64,000 nt of DNA. Origin: Isurus oxyrinchus (Eukaryota). The stretch lies in assembly GCA_026770705.1 (NCBI GenBank), contig JANJGN010000126.1, positions 806,001-870,000 of the forward strand, given 5' to 3'. This document shows, in pieces, positions 52,801-64,000 of the stretch (its first letter is position 1; every line of letters begins with the position of its first letter). The notes beneath the pieces are model-generated. The model ran no database searches. It saw only the letters and a program-made list of their open reading frames with translations, and was not told the DNA's origin. The translations under genes were made by a program, and so were the position numbers.

Positions 52801-53989
52801 ATATGAAGGGCTCATGGCCTGGTAGAATTCAAGATAGAGTAGGTATTGTAGGATCGACAATTGTTTCGAATTGTAAAATTGGAAGGTCTTGTTTGGTTGT
52901 CTAGAAAACGAGGCTTGTCAATTCATTCAACTCTCATAGAGGGGAAACAAGCATTTGAAGAGAACGGTGAATTTGATAAAATATGACAATGTTTATTCTT
53001 TTGGTGCAGGTACACATAACATTACGATGCTTCTGCATTCTCTTAAGCCACCTGCGCTCAATACAAATCGAAAAATCGGCCAGGACAATCACTGTGGGAT
53101 AGCTTACAGAAGTAGAGAGTTGATAATAGTGACACTTTCAGGGGATTGAGGGAATTGTTAACGTCACTTTTAACCAGGCGCTCACAGTTCTACCCCACAG
53201 GGTAACCATCCCTATGGTGCTATTCTGCATAATGCTGGAGCTGCCATAGGGAAATATACGACACAAAGTGTTACAGAATTCACAGGACCTTAGTAACTGA
53301 GTAACCAGAGAATTGTAAACATAATATATCGCGATAGTCATAGCAAAGATGTTGATACTGCAATGCTGATGTCATCGATAACAACACAATCTGATGACAT
53401 TGGGTAAAGGGTAATGCTGCTGTTCAGATTATACTGTCAATATATATGCACCTCAACCGGTTTAAATACTGTAAAATCATTTGTTTGTACCGCCGAATGA
53501 TGTTTGCCGTAAAATGTCAATAACTCCTGAGAGGCGAACATAAACTGCGCCGATGAGGTACAGCTGAATCTTGAGTTGAAATGTGACTCCGCCCCCATTT
53601 GCCTGATGATCTCCTTGTTAGTGTAGCCTGTGAACTGCAAGTGATTCGAGCTTGAGTCCACCTTTCTATTCAGATCAGTGCCGAGTTCGCCTTCTAAATA
53701 GATTTTTGATCATTTTGGTTTTATCGGCTGCTAAAAGACTAAAAATAAACTTCAATCACATTATCATTTAAAATAGCTCATCTGTCCAAGGTGCCCTGTA
53801 TGACCTCGATTGTCACCCCCAACAATCATACCGTGTTTTTGGAAAATTACTTCAATCGACTTTTTTTTTTCCTGTTCTTTTACTTTGACTTCCAATGCAG
53901 CATACCCCTGCCAGCTGCCGCCTTTGTGTAATATCGGGTCTATACTCAACTTGATCTCATTTATAACACACTCCATTTATTTATTCTAG

Positions 53990-54147
53990 AACTCCCTCAA
54001 ATAATGGAAGGTATGGACGACCAATTAGTAGAGGAAGATGGATTAGAAAACTTCGATGAGGATGTAGGCACTGCATCAACAATAGTCGCTTTCGTCACTT
54101 TGTTCATTCTAAGTATGATATACAGCTCATACGTGACAGTCCTTAAG
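53990..54147 (+). CDS. IgNAR: IgNAR transmembrane exon TM1
   Basis: Acceptor ttattctag, phase 1. Acidic spacer ELPQIMEGMDDQLVEEDGLENFDEDVG, then TIVAFVTLFILSMIYSSYVTVLK with conserved antigen-receptor TM residues (F, LF, S, YS, T); donor AAG|GTAAAG. Confidence 0.94.
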
Positions 54148-54719
54148 GTAAAGATGGCTCGCAGTAGTATCGAGAAAATGTGTAAATTTATTCAGCAGTT
54201 GAGCTTCTTAACGAGATACAGCAATGATACAGATGAAGAACTAAAGATTTCAATATTTGCATAATTTCAATCTTTCCCACAGTGTCAGGTTGAGTTTCAT
54301 TACTAATTTCCATCTACATATTTTATAAGCCTCCCTAATATGAAGATTGAGGAGAAGACTTAATGCATAGTAATATTATTGCCACATTAAGGAGAGGAAT
54401 ATGTCAATAATGAAAAAAGGTGCATTGTTTCTAGATTCTGGATCGTTAAGCTAATGATCAGAAACAATTGGTGATGTGATGACAAATCCCATGTATTGTG
54501 CATGAGGTTTCTGAAGTCACGAGAAGTTTTCTCTGAGAAAAAGCAGAACGCAGAAGCAAAGCTTCCGCATGTAAACCTGGATCATTGTAAAGAGATGAAG
54601 AAAGTATTGATTGCAAATTGATGGCAGATGGATCAATGTGAATAGATGAGAAAATCATTTATTATGATTGCTGGGAGGTGGGATACAGTGGGGTTGAAGA
54701 AAGCACTAGCTCACAAGGA

Positions 54720-56422
54720 TGTCTTCACAGCAAAAGAGACGAGTAACATTCCCAAAGTTCAAGAGAGTCGGGGGGCAGAGGTGAGTATGGTGCCATTACC
54801 AAGGAGAAGGTGCTAGGAAAACTGAAAGTTCTGAAGGTGGATAAATCACCTGTACCAGATGGATACACCAAAGAGTTCTGAAGGAGACAGCTGAAGAGAT
54901 AGTGGAGGCGGTTGTTGGTGATCTTTCTGGAACCACTCGAGTCAGGGAGGGTCCCAGAGGACTGGAAAATTGCAAATGTAACCCCCCTGTTTAATAAGGG
55001 AATGAGGCGAAAGATGGGCAATTACAGGCTGATTAGCCTGACTTCCGTCATTGGTAAGATTTTAGAGCCCAATATAAAGGATGAGATTTCAGAATACTTG
55101 GAAGCATGGTAAAATAGGGCAAAGTCAGCATGGTTTCATCAAGGTGAGGTCATGCCTGACAAATCTGTTAGAATTCTTTGAGGTTGTAACGAGTAGGTTA
55201 GACAAAGAGGAGCCAATGGATGTTATCTACTTCGACTTCCAGAAGGCCTTTGACAAGGTGCTGCACAGGAGGCTGCTCAGTAACATAAGAGCTCATGCTG
55301 TTAGAGGCAAGGTAGTAGCATGGATACAAGATGGCTGTCTGGCATGAGGCAGAGAGTGGGAATAAAGAAGTCCTTCTCAGGATGGCGGCCAATGACTAGT
55401 GGAGTTCCGCAGGGGTCAGTGTTGGGACCACAACTTTTCACTTTATGCATTAATGATCTAGATGAAGGAACTGAAGGCATCCTGGCTAGGTTTGCAGATG
55501 ATACAAAGATAGGTGGAGGGATAGGTAGTATTGAGGAGGTGGGGAGGCTGCAGAAGGATTTGGACAGGTTAGGAGAATGGGCAAAGAAGTGGCAGATGGT
55601 ATACAACGTGGGGAAGTGCGGGGTCATGCACATTGGTAGGAACTCTAGAGGCATAGACTATTTTCTAAATGGGGAGACAATTCAGAGATCTGGAGTGCAA
55701 AGTGACGTGGAAGACCTAGTCCAGGATTTTCTTAAGGTTAACTTGAAGGTTGAGTCGGTAGTGAGAAAGGCAATTGCAATGTTGGCATTTATTTTGAGAT
55801 GACTAGAATATAAAAGCAAGGATGTGCTGCTGAGGCTTCATAAGGCTTTGGTCAGACCACATTTAGAACATTTTGAGCAATTTTGGGTGCCGTATCTCAG
55901 GAATAATGTGCTGGCTCTGGAGAGGGTCCAGAGGAGGTTAACAAAAATGATCCCAGGAATGAAAGGCTTAACATGTGAAGAATATTAGAGGACTCTGGGT
56001 CTATACTCGATGGAGTTTAGCAGGATGAGGACGCATCTCATTCATACTTACAGAATACTGAAAGGCCTGGATAGAGTGAATGTGTGGAAGATGTTTCCTT
56101 TAGTAGGAGAGACTAGGAGCCGAGGGCACTACCTCAGAGGAAAGGGAAGACCTTTTAGAACAGAGATGAGGAGAAACTTCTTTAGCCAGAGAGTGGTGAA
56201 TCTATGGAATTCATTACCACAGAAGATTGTGGAGACCAGGTCACTCAGTGTATTTAAGAGCGAGATTGATAGGTTCTTGATTGGTAAGGGGATCAAAGGT
56301 TGCGGGGAGAAAGCAGGAGAAAGGGTTGAGAAACTTATAAGCCAAGATTGAATGGCGGAGCAGACTCGATAGGCCAAGTGACCTAATTTCTGCTCCTATG
56401 TCTTATGATCTTATGGTCTTAT
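54720..56422 (+). mobile_element. 5'-truncated, relatively young CR1 LINE (RT plus 3' UTR) in the TM1-TM2 intron
   Basis: PEDWKIANVTPLFNKG, QHGFIKVRSCLTNL, YFDFQKAFDKV, SGVPQGSVLGP, FADDTK, FFSQRVVNLWNSLP; ends in (TCTTATG)-like repeats. Confidence 0.95.
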
Positions 56423-56736
56423 TGTTATGAGGTGAATCACTGTGAAATGATTACGATAGTGTAACCTATGAAATGATGGGAAACGGATCACTGTGGGGAG
56501 ATGAGGAAAGCAGTCACTATAGTAGAATAGGAGGTGATGTGGCCGTTGGAGAGGTGAAAACAAACATTGAGTATGGAAGATTACCAAAAAGGAACATTGT
56601 TAACAGGTGAGAAGGGAATTGACTACGGAAGGAATGGAGAAAATGTTAGCTTTTAAATCGATAAGCAAATAATACAATACGAAGGTTGGTTGGCACAAAA
56701 ATTCACAATCATAAAAGAATAAACTATAGATCTGGG

Positions 56737-56834
56737 ACAAAAACAGAATTACCTGGAAAAACTCAGCATGTCTGGCAGCATTGGTGGAGAAGAAAAGAGT
56801 TGACGTTTCGAGTCCTCATGACCCTTCAACAGAA
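56737..56834 (-). mobile_element. Penelope-like terminal repeat copy
   Basis: Nearly identical to 22664-22760. Confidence 0.7.
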
Positions 56835-58099
56835 ATAGGGCTTCAATTTTAGCAAATGACAACAGTTAAGGTTAGGATTAAACCGAAGAGGAAAGATTAT
56901 GTGAAGAAGAAGACATAGGGAAGTTTGTGGCGTTCACCATCCTACGTCATTCATTCAGATTGTGGCTGATCTGTGCTTTAGCGAATTAAGCACACCTTGC
57001 CTTCATGTTTATTAATATGTGCAAGTTACAAAGCTCTGTCAAACGCAGTTAAATTGGAATCCAACTTCGACATTTTAATTTCCTTTTGGGCTGTGGGGAA
57101 AGTCTTAGATTGTGTCCAGCCAATGTGTAAAGAAGTGTTCCCTCGATTCGTCCCTGAAGTACTTAAATCTACTTTTAAGGTTTTTTTTCCATGTTGTTGT
57201 CATATGGTAGATTTTTGCTTTTAAATTATTACTATATTAACAGCCATACCAAGTAATTATTTAAGCAACTCAAGTAGATCATCCTGTAATATTCAAGGCA
57301 ACACAATCCAAATGTGAAGATCATGCTGGCAGAATTTTAATCGTTTTTTAACCGGTGTCGTTCTGGTGAATCTCTGTTCCATCCCTGCACGCACCTCCTG
57401 ATGTGGGCTTCCCAGAACCGAACACAGCAACGAAAGCTTTGTATAACAGAGAAAAGACATCTACTGCTTTGTATTCCACGTGCCCCTCGCCCGGGATTAA
57501 AGCAAACTGTCCATTTGCTTCTTTAATTATTTGTATTTCTTTCCCAACTAACTTTAAGGATTTCCGTAGTTGGAAAGCTAATTATTCCAGATGTTCTATA
57601 GTTTTAATCGTCTCATTGTTAGAAAATAACAATCGTATATCTTCCTTAGTTTCACTAGATGACCTCAGGTTTCCACAGGCAAATTTACCTATCATTGTGC
57701 AGAGCCTACCCCAATCCCCCATTGATTTAATATTAGGAAGACAGTTTGTGACTTTCTGCTCTTTGCTGTGCTGCTTAAATTAGCATTGTCAGCTAAATGA
57801 GGTGTACGGCTCCCTATTCCATCTTCACGAACCACTGACAAGTAACACAAAAAATCTACATCCCAATTCAAAGGGCTCCCTTGCAGTGACAATTAGCTGA
57901 CAATTCTAACACTGGAAGCTCTTTCCATTATTTACTAAAATCTACTCATAATCGTTTCTATTCCAACATACCAGGTTTTCCAGTGCCAAAACATAACTGA
58001 ATTTTTTATTCCTGGTGCCATTCCAATAATTCTCATTCCAGTTGTCACTAAGCCTTTACATCCAGCAGGGTAGTGCTCAGAACTGGAGGCAATACTGAT

Positions 58100-59450
58100 A
58101 CATAGTTGCTGGAATATTCCCCACCTCTGGCGCGAGGGGAGCTGACATGTGGGTCAATTGCATAATGTTATCCTATTTTTGGACAGGGCACGTCATTGAT
58201 AAGCTCCCATTCTCCTGTAACTATACCCATATCAAAGCAGAACTGGAACGTTGTGTCCAGAATATCTGTAATTGCAATCCGTACTTCACTAATCCGTTTC
58301 GGAAGCATTCCATGCTGCTGGGTGAATTTTTCACTTTGCGCACTGGCAGAACATTAACTTCTTCCCCTGCAACTGTGTTTCTCCTCTCCGTTTTGTCTTT
58401 CCAGTGCCACCTCCTGCCTGTGACATTTACAGCGTTATCTTCTTCCCTGAAGACATATGCAAAGTATTAACCTAGTCCCAAAGTCGCTCCCTCTGCCTCC
58501 AGAGCAGAGTTACCTTTCGCTTTCTAATCGGATCACCCTTACTTTGGCTACACATTTTCTCTTTACATGTTTAGAACAGAGGTTTAGATTCACCTCTCTG
58601 TTATCTGATAATATATTGCGAAATGCTCTTTACCACTTTTACATAAGCTCTTATCACTCCCTTTGTGTGCTTTGTAAAAATAAACTATCACCACTCAAAG
58701 ATCCTCCTCTTGTTCATTTAGTGTTTTGCTTACAGTCTTTCATTTCAATCCATCTGGAGCACGTTACCTTTCCATTCACCGAACCTAACGCCACCTCCGT
58801 TGAATATTTTCACAAATCATTAGTCCTAGGAATCCATATGTACTTTAAACATAATGATATTATCATTAGTTTCCCATATTATCTCTGTCTGCTACATGAT
58901 TCACTTAATTCCTTAGAGCTAGATCCGGCACTGCTTCCTTCCTTGTTGGGGATAAAACAAAGTGACCATGAGAAATATCTTATCCACATTGCAGGAGTTC
59001 CTCCATGTCTTTATGTTTGATACAGTTTCTTTCAGCCTCGTGTAATAAATGATGCCCCCTATCGCCAATACGCTGAATTTCTCGCAGATTTCTGTGATGT
59101 TCCTGTAGTTTTGCTCCTCCATTTCCTCCTCACTATGTTGTGGTCCATTATATACACCTAGCACCTAATAATGTTTCTGCTATTCATCAGTTCTACTGAA
59201 ACAAATTCCGTGTTTGAACTCTCAAGTATACCAACACTTTCTCGTACTTAAAAAGTATATTTGATAAAAGTACCACCCTCCCTCCTTTTTTCCTTCTTCA
59301 TCTTACCTCAAAACATTGTCGACATGATTACAAAATTGCTATGTCTTCCTTCATTTCATCGAGGTCTCCGTTATTGCTGTTACAACATAATATTACATGG
59401 CCTCTCGTGCCTGCAGCCCAATGATGTTAATTAACATTTACTGGGAATTA
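58100..59450 (-). mobile_element. Old CR1 ORF2 endonuclease-region remnant
   Basis: Minus frame LGVYNGPQHSEEEMEEQNYRNITEICEK resembles the CR1 (GVYYRPP...EEQICR) segment at about 20830-20900. Confidence 0.55.
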
Positions 59451-61159
59451 ACACACATGGACACAACGTGATCGTGGATTGTTTTGCAATTGTCCCTTTA
59501 TTAACCCTTCTAACTCGGAGCTGTTCTTCAATCAAATTCAGTTTGTGTATACGCTCTCTGCAACTTTTCTCTGCCCTCTAATTCTTCATCTGCTGGGTGG
59601 GGGATGCACCATCTCTGCCATTCTCATCTAAACCCTCTGCCACGATTTGGTTATTATTTCTGCGACTGCATTGATTCCAGCCCTTTTTGTGTGCAAGGTG
59701 TCCACCTTGTTCAGGTCCCAGCAACCCCTCAAATGGCCCCACTGGCCCCATATTTTGAAGCATCTGCTGAAAAGTTTTGCCACTCGGACGTTAACCTGGT
59801 TTATCTTGCTGTTCTTGCACTAACTGTTCTGTGGCAGTGGGGATAATCGGGAGATTGCCAACATGAACGTTGTGATCTAGGAGCTGAAACTATGTCGGTC
59901 TACCTCAATCCTTTCCCTACCTGTATCATTGGTTGAAACATGGACCGTGACATTTGGTCATTTTCCTTTCCTTCTCAAAATCTTCGTCATCCACTCAATG
60001 ATGTTACTGACTTTGGCACAATTGAGGTAAAGTGAAACTCATGTTGGTGGTGGCAGAAGCGCCAGCCAATTCTGTGGAATATCAGGTTTCCTAACGAACT
60101 GCAATCCTCCACTTTGTGATTCACTGACGTGTTTCAATCTGGCCCATAGTCACGTGGATGATTACTAGACAGCTCTACTCAAAGCCCTGCAAATCCATTT
60201 GAATATGTAATAACCCTGGAGGATTTCTGCACTGTGAGCATTTCCTTAACCTATCGGATGGCCAACCATTTACAAACATCCTGAACACTGGATCGGCAGG
60301 ATGACAACCTCCTGCACTTCAATTAATGCACTTCAGGAGATTCTGAGGCCTGCAGTAACTCCAGCTGCTCCTCGGTTAATGTAAACGAGTTGTTTGACTT
60401 CCATTGTACCTTACTCATGTTTATTATTTTATTCATGTTGGAAACATGATGTTTATTTATGAATATTGATCCTGGAAATTTTGGTGCCCTCTACTGTGGA
60501 ACTGTAAACCGAAGTCCCGTTTGCGTCCTCAGTCAGAAGGAAATGATCCTATGACATTATTTCGAAGAAGGGCAAGGAAGTTCTCCCCAATGCTCCGGTA
60601 AACACATCACTCAATCAATATCATGGAAAGCAGAGTATCAGGTCAATATCACATTGAGCTTTCTGGTAGATTACTGTGTGGAAATGGACTGTCACGTTCC
60701 ATACATTACAAAACTGATTACAACTCAGGAGGATTTCACTGGCCAGAAAGCGCGCTGGACGTTCTGAGGTAGTAATAGCGCTCCATAAATTCGGTTTTTC
60801 CTTTTTTAATTAATATTTCTCTCACTTATCTATAATGCTTTTCCAACTGTCTGTCTATCTGCTTACTTATCTATCATTTTGAATAAAGACTTATTCCATA
60901 GATTGCACTTGGTTTTATACCCCTCTGTAGGAGAGCAACATTTTGATAGAGTTGGAGACAATGGATATGTCTGAAATTAAACAAGTTGATAAACATCAAA
61001 ATCTGAGAAATTACACCTTCAAGTGTGAACATTTTTAAGTTTCTCTCTCACACTTGATATGTTTCACTCATCTCTCTAGTGTTCTATCTCTTTCCTACTA
61101 ACCATCTCCCAGCCATCTATCTGTTTATATCTGTATATATTTAGTAATATTCCTCTCAT

Positions 61160-61193
61160 GCACGCACTCACACACACACACACATACACACAC
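61160..61193. repeat. (CA)n microsatellite
   Basis: Visible directly. Confidence 0.9.
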
Positions 61194-62407
61194 AAAGTAG
61201 AAAATATGTGGCATTCCACAGTGAGCATCGGGAGCAAGTAATGCTTTCACATGTAGAAAGCAAAGGATCATTAGAGCAAGGATGCTATTCAGTTCACATT
61301 CCAAAGTCATTTTCTCAGTCCTTATTTCCCCCATGGCATTATAAATTCATAAATACACATTTACAATGTAGATTGCGAACATTCGCTTATTAGGTAGTGA
61401 TTACAAACAGAAACTAACAACAATGTTGTTTTCAGCATTCCCATCCTCTCTGACAATGCTTCCGATTGCAATCTATACTTCAACCAACTGTACTTCTCTC
61501 CTCCCAAAACTTCAGTAGGTTTAACCATTCAGGTACAATATTGTTCATGTAACATCAACGTATTTTCTAAACCTTACCTCATGAACAATGATATTAAAAT
61601 GGGAATGCATATACTTACTCACCTTGTGAGATTATACTGCAAAGCAATTCACTGGAATTCGAAGGAACAGAGGAGAGTATATATACGATCACTGACAATA
61701 CTAACCGAGAGGGTGCAATAGACTTTGAACAGACAATGGCATTACAATAAAAAGCAGTTTAATTTAGCTTGCCAGTAAATGAATGACAATTTGTGTGCAC
61801 GTATAAACTATGTGAGGACCGGATTTAGATGCGTAGGGATAGTCAACGGTAATAATGTGGAAATGGGAAAGCTCTGAACAGATACACAGGAACAACAAAA
61901 AAATGTTGACCAGGTCAATATTTAAGGGAAAGCTACCGGGTGATCAAAATACTTATGCGATGGCATTTCCCTGGTCCAAACATATTGATTAAGCAGCATC
62001 TTTTTTAAAAAAGACCATCGTTCAAATTTCATTTGGAATGCAATGTTCAGATCAAAGGAACAGCAGATGGAGTACGTTTGGTGTGCTAGGGGGTCAAGCA
62101 ATGATTCGTCACATTTGTTTCTGAAAGTTGTATAATTATTATGGAGTATTTAAAATCAGATAACAAATAATTCACTTTTCATTTATAAGATCGAGAAGAC
62201 ACACGACAAGTGAGATTATCTGCACTTAGGGTCCTGAATGTTGATTGTGGGGGGTAATAACCCAAACCCGTAAAGCTCCTTATCTTTCACGATAGTTATC
62301 CATAGTATTGTTGTTCTTGTATACCCTGGAGTTTTCAGTTGAATTGGACATCATGTTTCTCATTGCGGTACTCACTAGTTTTAATGCTATGCTTTTTTTC
62401 ACTGCAG

Positions 62408-62416
62408 GTGAAATAG
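62408..62416 (+). CDS. IgNAR: IgNAR TM2 exon coding part (VK-stop), giving a KVK cytoplasmic tail
   Basis: Strong acceptor gctttttttcactgcag followed by GTG AAA TAG, the canonical IgH TM2. Confidence 0.85.
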   Translation: MK

Positions 62417-62693
62417 CAACTGCTTGAACAGTGGTCACTTCAGCTTGATATTCAAAGCTTGTTGACGAAGATCCCTTGGGGCCGGATTGTGTGAGTCTAT
62501 CAGCGTTAGCAGCTGCTCCATTACACCACTTCAACCTTGTGGTTGCACAATAGTCTCAGCCAATCCGTGGCAACTCTGCTTAATTTGCTTCTATTAGCTC
62601 ATAAATTAACACTTTCTTTCTTAAGCAGCAGCGCTAAATAGAATTGTGCATCATTACAACAACCGAGTATGTTCAGCAAATCCCACAGAATCA

Positions 62694-62704
62694 ATTAAAA
62701 TAAA
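62694..62704 (+). terminator. Probable polyadenylation signal of the membrane mRNA (overlapping ATTAAA/AATAAA)
   Basis: About 280 bp after the TM2 stop. Confidence 0.6.
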
Positions 62705-63529
62705 TTGAGAAGAAAACATTGAATGCCGCTATGTGTTAGTACTACTTTTGAAATAGCATGTTTGTTTCCTGTCTCAATCATTTGTTGAATATTTCATGAC
62801 AATTTGAATTGGAAAATTAACAAGAAAAACGCCCTTACCACGTCCGTGAGCTCGCAGACAACCCACCAGGCTTTTCGAACCTGCCTTTGTCCTAGGATGA
62901 GTTAAGACTCGCCGGCTGTTATAGAAGCTCAAAGCATTCCCTATAGGAAATGAAAACACATATGTGAATAATCCCAAAAATGTATCGTTGAAAGAAGACA
63001 TGCAGCAATAGTAAGCATTCATCTGGTCACAGCTTATATTGATAATCCCATTTTGTTAAGGAAAGACTTTCTCCACTGGCATTTGTTCCAGAATTGTTAA
63101 TGGACCATATCTGAATGTGGAAATGATTTAATTAGTGTTGTGTAACTGAGCAAATTTTCAAAACGTTTTGTGCATATCTCACATATAGCCCGCAGAGGAG
63201 CACAGCATTGCATCTTCGCTTACCAGCACCATGCGAGTAACAGAGACATTATTTTCAGGCACAGTCGCACGGGCTTACATCCTTGTAGAGACCCAGTGGA
63301 AACTAAAGGTGGACCTGATTGATTGTTAGCTACACAGATTCCTGAAAAATATTTTTAAAAACAAAACCCTTGTTTCAACACATGTTTGTGGATTCCTCTG
63401 GAAGTTTCTTGCTCTGAGATCACTGATGCCTCCAAATCAATTCCTCTGAAGATCTATTTCTGGCAATTTTTTAAACATTTTTGAAGAAAATCGTTAAGGG
63501 CACAAGAAGGGAGAAACCATATCACTGAA

Positions 63530-64000
63530 TCACAAAATCATAATGGCACGGAAGGAGGCCATTCGGCCCATCGTGCCTGCACCGGATCCCCAAATGAGCA
63601 TAACGAACTAGTGTCATTGTCCTGCCTCTTCCCTGTACCCCTGCCTATTGTTTCTATTCAAATAAATATCCGATGCTCTCTTGAACCTCCACTGAACCTG
63701 CCTCCACAATACTCCCAGGCAGCACCTTCCAGACCCGAACCATTGTTTTGTGAAAGCGTTTTCTCTCATGTCGCATTTGCTTCGTTTGCAAATCACTTTA
63801 AGTCTGTGTCCTCTCGTTCTTTATCCTTTTAACGGCCGGCAATAGCTACTCTTTATCTAATCTATTCAGTTTCCTCGTGATTTTGAACATCTCTATCAAA
63901 TCCCCTCTTAGCCTTCATCTCTCCAAGGAAAACAGTCCCAACCTCTTCAATGTATCCATATAGCTGAAGATTCTCATCCATGGAATCATTCTTTTAAAAC
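63530..64000 (-). mobile_element. CR1 LINE 3' end running off the window
   Basis: gaaggaggccattcggcccatc 3' UTR; minus frame KCDMRENAFT. Confidence 0.8.

Larger units (their letters stand above)
30374..62704 (+). other. IgNAR: Complete germline IgNAR cluster (L-V-D1-D2-D3-J-C1-C2-C3-C4-C5/Sec-TM1-TM2)
   Basis: All segments located by RSSs and GT/AG signals with consistent phases and no internal stops. One V, three D, one J and five C domains is the established IgNAR cluster layout. Confidence 0.96.

Noticed and set aside
53010-53149. Acceptor-like ttttggtgcag with an in-frame peptide, and CACTGTG at 53090, between C5 and TM1
   Set aside because: The peptide has no Ig, TM or tailpiece features, and the heptamer lacks a correctly oriented nonamer.
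58457-59020. 187-aa ORF, the longest in the window
   Set aside because: Antisense to a decayed CR1 remnant; no recognisable domain.
1-64000. CRISPR arrays, rRNA/tRNA genes, prokaryotic operons, RAG-like transposase
   Set aside because: None seen; the tRNA-like boxes belong to SINE heads and the sequence is intron-rich vertebrate DNA.

Overview
Repeat-rich cartilaginous-fish (shark) genomic DNA containing one complete, apparently intact, unrearranged IgNAR (heavy-chain-only 'new antigen receptor') cluster on the + strand, spanning about 30.4-62.7 kb. Order: octamer/TATA promoter, leader exon, one type II-like VNAR (extra Cys in CDR1), three D segments, one J, C1-C5 exons, secretory tail, TM1 and TM2 (KVK). 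The V, D and J segments all carry 12 or 22/23 RSSs, and all splice phases join in frame. The remainder is mostly decayed CR1/L2-type LINEs, tRNA-derived SINEs, Penelope-like terminal repeats with hammerhead-like motifs, GC-rich MITE-like repeats and microsatellites. IgNAR itself is a known system. The most promising new leads are possible extra isoforms hidden in this cluster: (i) TM1 read-through giving a 39-aa cytoplasmic tail resembling the mammalian IgG tail (KVKxxxSS... YxN), (ii) an in-frame Cys-containing hydrophobic candidate exon between C3 and C4, and (iii) a Cys-rich C3 read-through tail. The D segments also show a Cys-rich code and microhomology at their joining ends. All isoform ideas are inferences that need RNA evidence. 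Repeat boundaries are approximate and family names come from motif recognition, not database searches.
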